Below are positions 57,187 to 64,000 of a DNA stretch of 64,000 nt, one piece after another; the first letter of the stretch is position 1, and each line of letters starts with the position of its first letter. The stretch is from the sequence record NC_027364.1. One strand, 5' to 3'. The notes under the pieces were generated by a model. The model saw only the letters and a list, made by a program, of their open reading frames with translations. It had not been told where the DNA came from and made no database searches. A program made the position numbers and the translations under genes.

Positions 57187-58599
57187 TCAATTGTCTGATT
57201 TAGGAGTAAAGTCAATCTTTCTTAGTTCTTTTAGTTCAGATTTATAAATGTCCCAAATTAAGTCATGATTAGATAACAGTTCATTGTACTTATCCATCAA
57301 ATCAAGATTATCTTGAATATCTTGTAGTACTGATTGATAATTATCTTGCGTCCAGCGATATGAAGGGAAGTTTACAATGCTTTGAATATTCTCTTCCGTT
57401 GCTTCAATTTCGGTATTTAACGATTTAACGAATTCAACCATTTCAGCACGGTTTGCAAATCCTTTTACCTTAGCAATCATATCATTATCGAAACATTCTT
57501 TAATTAGAATTTTATAACGAACTTCAGCAGCACAATCATCAAGTTTCTTTTCATAACGCTTGATGTAATATTTGAAACGGAAATCAACGAAGTCTTTAAT
57601 CAAATCCATCGTAGTATCGTAAACTTTCACTTTGCCATTTTCACCTAGAACAGTTAAATGTTGAGTCATTTTTTTGTTAATGCCAAAATACTCAATAACA
57701 TCCATCTCTGTCCATTTAGCTGACGTTCCACGTGGAAGTTTAATGGTAATATCAATTACATCAGTACTATCATTGTCATAATCACGAATCTCACCATCAT
57801 CACTCATTTTGATTAGTTTTTCGATGAATTTCTCAATACTGTAATTAGGTGGTAAGCCTGTTACTTTAACAGTGCTTGCATCAATAACCTCAGCTTTACC
57901 ATAGAATTCATACTTATTTTCATCAAGCTTAGTCACAACATCACTTGCACCACATGAAACATAATATGGGGTCATTTCTTTTAGTGGTTTTTTATCAATA
58001 GCACGAATGCAATTATCAATAATATCTTCAATTTTATGTGGTAGAATTGTACTCTTATAACCAACTGACATACTATCATTACCAAACAATGATAATGGAA
58101 TAATAGGCAAGAAATGAACAGGTTCATATGTTGTCCCGTCATAGTTCTCTTTCATTGGTATAATATCAGCATCACGCAAAACAAGCATCTCAGTACTCTT
58201 ATTCTTTTTAACATAAGTGTAACGAGCAGATGCTGGTGTACTGTTTACTTGTGTACCAAAACCACCACGTTTTCCAATAAGAGGATAGTTGTTAGCTACT
58301 GGAGATGCTAGATTTTGAAGTGTTCCTGATGCTGACGTGTCCCCATGAAGATAGATACCATCACTAATCATTTTTCCAGCACATGATACTGTTTTAATTT
58401 CCCCACTAATTTTAGATAATGTGAAGATTGCTTTACGTTGTGAACTCTTTAGACCATCAATTCCAGGAATAGCACGGTCTAGTGTATACATCGAATATTC
58501 TAGTGATGTTGTATTCACATAATCAGAACTGTTATAATCTAGTAGAGTTAGTGTTTGGTTATCGATATTATGATTTTCTGTTTTTTTACTTTTAGCCAT
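57187..58599 (-). CDS. DNA topoisomerase II medium subunit (GyrA/ParC N-domain, T4 gp52-like)
   Basis: RAIPGIDGLK.SQRK, YLHGD.S, active-site ASARYT, FLPIIP. Confidence 0.92.
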   Translation of the reverse strand: MAKSKKTENHNIDNQTLTLLDYNSSDYVNTTSLEYSMYTLDRAIPGIDGLKSSQRKAIFTLSKISGEIKTVSCAGKMISDGIYLHGDTSASGTLQNLASPVANNYPLIGKRGGFGTQVNSTPASARYTYVKKNKSTEMLVLRDADIIPMKENYDGTTYEPVHFLPIIPLSLFGNDSMSVGYKSTILPHKIEDIIDNCIRAIDKKPLKEMTPYYVSCGASDVVTKLDENKYEFYGKAEVIDASTVKVTGLPPNYSIEKFIEKLIKMSDDGEIRDYDNDSTDVIDITIKLPRGTSAKWTEMDVIEYFGINKKMTQHLTVLGENGKVKVYDTTMDLIKDFVDFRFKYYIKRYEKKLDDCAAEVRYKILIKECFDNDMIAKVKGFANRAEMVEFVKSLNTEIEATEENIQSIVNFPSYRWTQDNYQSVLQDIQDNLDLMDKYNELLSNHDLIWDIYKSELKELRKIDFTPKSDN

Positions 58600-58615
58600 T
58601 CCATTGTCTCTTGGT

Positions 58616-58638
58616 AAAAGGGGAACACCATGTTCCCC
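58616..58638 (-). terminator. intrinsic terminator
   Basis: GGGGAACA-TGG-TGTTCCCC + TTTT. Confidence 0.8.
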
Positions 58639-58649
58639 ATTAGTCTATA

Positions 58650-60614
58650 TTATTCCATCCAGTTCTTACGATCATCTGCACGTTTCTTGTTGAAAATCAA
58701 ATCAAGAGTTTCTCCAAGACGTCCATCATCGGTGATCGCTACTGCAACACTATTAGTGAATGCATCACGGAAGTTTGCTTTTTCTAAAGTTCCTAAACCT
58801 TTTGCACGCGTTGCTTTCCAGCCTTTCCAATCATCTGGGTTATATTCATGCACATTATGACCATAGTAGTATTTTGATTCTTTACCTTTCTCAAGAATGA
58901 TAAATGGTGTTTTGAATACATACACAAATGGATTTTCTGGGTCTTGAAACAATTCAGGCCAGAATTTAAATAAGAAGTTACACACTAGAGCACCAATGTT
59001 CTTCCCATCTTCATCTTCATCAGCACAGATGTAAAGCTTACCATAGTTTAGTTCAGAACGTTCTGCTTTAACACCTGGAACTAAGTTGATACTAGCCATT
59101 ATATCATGTAAAGCCATTGAATCCATTAATTCTTTGGTTTTCTCAGTACCACTGACGTTCATAATTTTCCCACGCAATGGTAGAATACCATGAATACTTG
59201 GTATACGAGCACTAGCCATGTTGGAAATTGCAGAGTCACCTTCTGCAATCAATAGAATACACTGTGAACGGTCTGTTCCAGTACTATCCAATAGTTTTGC
59301 AACTTTACCTTTTAGAAGTTTCTTTGCTAGGCGACGATCTTCTTCTGCATCTTTCTTATTTGTACGGGCAGCACAACGTTCGAAGATTTCATCAACCCAT
59401 TCTTTGTTCTTCTTAACTAATTCATCAAACCATTCGGTACTCATAGCTTGTTGAATTGGACGGATTACGTTTTCATTAGTTAGTTTAGATTTAATCTGTG
59501 AGTTGAATGAAGGTGCTTTCATAGTTGTGACATTATAAATCAACAAACCTTCTTCAATATCAGAACGATTAGGTTTCATCCTACGTTTCTTAGATTCTTT
59601 CTCTAGTGCAGTTCCTACACCGAGTGAGAAGAATTTCTTGAATGTATCAAGATGTGTACCACCATCAAATGCAGGAGCATTGTTAACCAACCCATGCATA
59701 TGGAAATTCGTGTTCATGCCAGCTACTGCATTAGGAACAATATAAAAAGTACTGTTAAAATTGAATGAATCATCTTTAACATTCAACTGCATTAATTTAG
59801 ATGCATTGAAGAGTGCTTTTTCAGTGTTTCCTTTAATAGCAATACGTTTCCCGTTCAGAAAGATTTTATAAGTTGGGTTAGCTGCTGCCATTTCTTTAAG
59901 AATACTATAAAGTAATTCGGTTGGTAGTTTTCTGTTTGGAAAAACTTCTTTACTCAAAGTAAAACGAATTGTTGTTCCAGTTTTATCGGTTTGTACCTTT
60001 CTAATAGTAGGTTCGTGTACATGAAGCTCAGGGAACATAATAGTTCCTTCCTCAAACTTCTGATTGAACTTATAAAACCCATCATAACCATCATTACTAC
60101 TTTGTGTTTTATACGGACGACCTTGGCGATGAATTTCTAACTCTGCCTTAGAACTGACAATCATTGCAACAGAACCACCTAAACCATTCTGACCAATCGT
60201 TTCATCACGTTTTGAATCGTCAAAGTTACGGCCTGTTTTTGTTTCAGTCATTACCATAGTACACAAGTTTTTCTGATACTCTGGAACATAATCAATTGGA
60301 ATACCACGTCCATTGTCACTAATTTCAAATGATAGTTCTTCTTCATTGAAATCAACTTTCAAAACAGGTTCTTTGGTTCCAGCTTTTTTAAATTCATCTA
60401 AGCTGTTATCAATAATTTCACGTGTAGCAGTAAGAATTGCAGGAACCCATTCTACGTTCTTAACCTCATAACCTGATTCACCAAAAATCAGTACTTGACT
60501 TTCATGCACTGAACGAGAACCAAGATACATCTCGGTACGCAAACGAGCATGTTGATAATCATTTAGTCGTTGAACATCATGTTCCTGTAGAACAGCACTT
60601 TCTTTCTTAGCCAT
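58650..60614 (-). CDS. DNA topoisomerase II large subunit (GHKL ATPase + TOPRIM, T4 gp39+60-like)
   Basis: EIIDNSLDE, DNGRGIP, GQNGLGG, EGDSA, PLRGKI, DEDEDG, AKGLG. Confidence 0.93.
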   Translation of the reverse strand: MAKKESAVLQEHDVQRLNDYQHARLRTEMYLGSRSVHESQVLIFGESGYEVKNVEWVPAILTATREIIDNSLDEFKKAGTKEPVLKVDFNEEELSFEISDNGRGIPIDYVPEYQKNLCTMVMTETKTGRNFDDSKRDETIGQNGLGGSVAMIVSSKAELEIHRQGRPYKTQSSNDGYDGFYKFNQKFEEGTIMFPELHVHEPTIRKVQTDKTGTTIRFTLSKEVFPNRKLPTELLYSILKEMAAANPTYKIFLNGKRIAIKGNTEKALFNASKLMQLNVKDDSFNFNSTFYIVPNAVAGMNTNFHMHGLVNNAPAFDGGTHLDTFKKFFSLGVGTALEKESKKRRMKPNRSDIEEGLLIYNVTTMKAPSFNSQIKSKLTNENVIRPIQQAMSTEWFDELVKKNKEWVDEIFERCAARTNKKDAEEDRRLAKKLLKGKVAKLLDSTGTDRSQCILLIAEGDSAISNMASARIPSIHGILPLRGKIMNVSGTEKTKELMDSMALHDIMASINLVPGVKAERSELNYGKLYICADEDEDGKNIGALVCNFLFKFWPELFQDPENPFVYVFKTPFIILEKGKESKYYYGHNVHEYNPDDWKGWKATRAKGLGTLEKANFRDAFTNSVAVAITDDGRLGETLDLIFNKKRADDRKNWME

Positions 60615-60676
60615 TTGAATTCCTTATCATGTCTCTTTGTCATAAAACATTGTATCACCAATGTTTTGTTTGTCTC

Positions 60677-60710
60677 AAAAAAAAAATATCGGAACAATTT
60701 GTCCCGATAT
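60677..60710 (-). terminator. intrinsic terminator
   Basis: ATATCGGGACA/TGTTCCGATAT + 10 T. Confidence 0.8.
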
Positions 60711-60714
60711 ATTA

Positions 60715-61505
60715 TTATTTTACTAACATAAGTTGAAGTTCGGCACTTGGACTTGATTCATCATCACTCCAGTACTTATGAACCTTATCTGGACTCGCCT
60801 TTGCAAGTACTTCACCACCACCAACAATATAAACTTGATGGGAACCAATTAAACGGGTCCAGAATTTAATTGCATCATCAGTATGCAGACTATCACTCAG
60901 AACTTTAATACCATGTGATATCATATCCATAAAAATATTATAAATTATACCTTTAGTTCCAGTTTTAGATGCAGTTGCGGCAATTTCAAAAACGTTTTGA
61001 ACACCAAGTACTGCATCATTGGATAAATGCCCACTAACTATAGCAAGCTGTTTACCAGACTTATCGTAAGCGATAAATCCAGTACCGTTTTTGTTCATAT
61101 ATACATCATAGTCTTTATGTTCTGCGAACTTAACCATGTTGTGCTTACCTGTCATTTCGGCAGTTTTATCGACAAACTCGTCTCGGTCTTGACCTTGAAA
61201 ACTATCGAAACGTTGTGGCATTTCATCCAACTTATCTTTGTCGTCTTCACATGAATCCATTATATCACAAGTTCTGTCGTCTGTATCAGCTAATTCTGCA
61301 TCTTGTACAATATCGACTAAACTACGCATACTTGCTTCTTTTACTTTATTAGGAAGTTTAGAACTTTTTTTAAGATTTCCTTCCTTTTCATCAGCGGCAT
61401 TCCATTCTTTAGCAGCACTTTGTGAAATTCCAGCTTTCTTTGCAAATTCTGGATTGTGTGCGGCGGCTGCGAAGAATTTAGCCTGACTTTTACTCTTACT
61501 TGGCA

Positions 61506-61506
<1 letters not shown>
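60715..61506 (-). CDS. hypothetical protein (possible virion/head protein)
   Basis: N-terminal MPSKSKSQAKFFAAAAHNPEFAKKAGI..S.AKEW motif common in phage proteins. Confidence 0.65.
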
Positions 61507-63672
<2,166 letters not shown>

Positions 63673-63683
63673 AAGTCTATATT

Positions 63684-64000
<317 letters not shown>

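Noticed and set aside
60677-60686. 10-nt A homopolymer as a phase-variation tract
   Set aside because: It is the U tract of an intrinsic terminator in intergenic DNA.

Overview
AT-rich (roughly 30% GC by eye) 64-kb segment of a lytic jumbo myophage genome. Gene content most resembles the RaK2/GAP32/121Q/BF-type enterobacterial jumbo phages; this is inferred from gene content, not from a database search. Almost all genes are on the minus strand, densely packed, and driven by many near-consensus sigma70 promoters and intrinsic terminators. 1-44 kb is an accessory region of small hypothetical, membrane and secreted proteins. It also holds a sigma70-family factor, an HNH and a PD-(D/E)xK nuclease, an HslV-like Ntn hydrolase, a C5 DNA methyltransferase, a NADAR-like protein and a 7-tRNA cluster (21.8-26.1 kb). 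44-64 kb holds conserved genes: a TelA pair, a DEDDh exonuclease, a HAD nucleotidase, a clamp loader, a GroES-like protein, a DnaE fragment, a probable baseplate protein, two T4-type topoisomerase II subunits, and KTSC and ClpS-like proteins. Most notable unexplained signals: (1) about 21 otherwise divergent ORFs sharing one C-terminal [T/S]EExxFQxS[T/L][V/I]x[D/E] module; (2) a highly iterated AGTACT/CAGTACTG palindrome, about 9-fold over expectation in a hand-counted sample; (3) two or three large structured non-coding RNA candidates (about 480 nt beside the sigma gene, about 330 nt ending in a G3.U70 tRNA-like domain, about 260 nt palindrome-rich); (4) an MTHEEW microprotein family and a D-armless tRNA in the tRNA cluster. 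No CRISPR array, integrase or transposase was seen.
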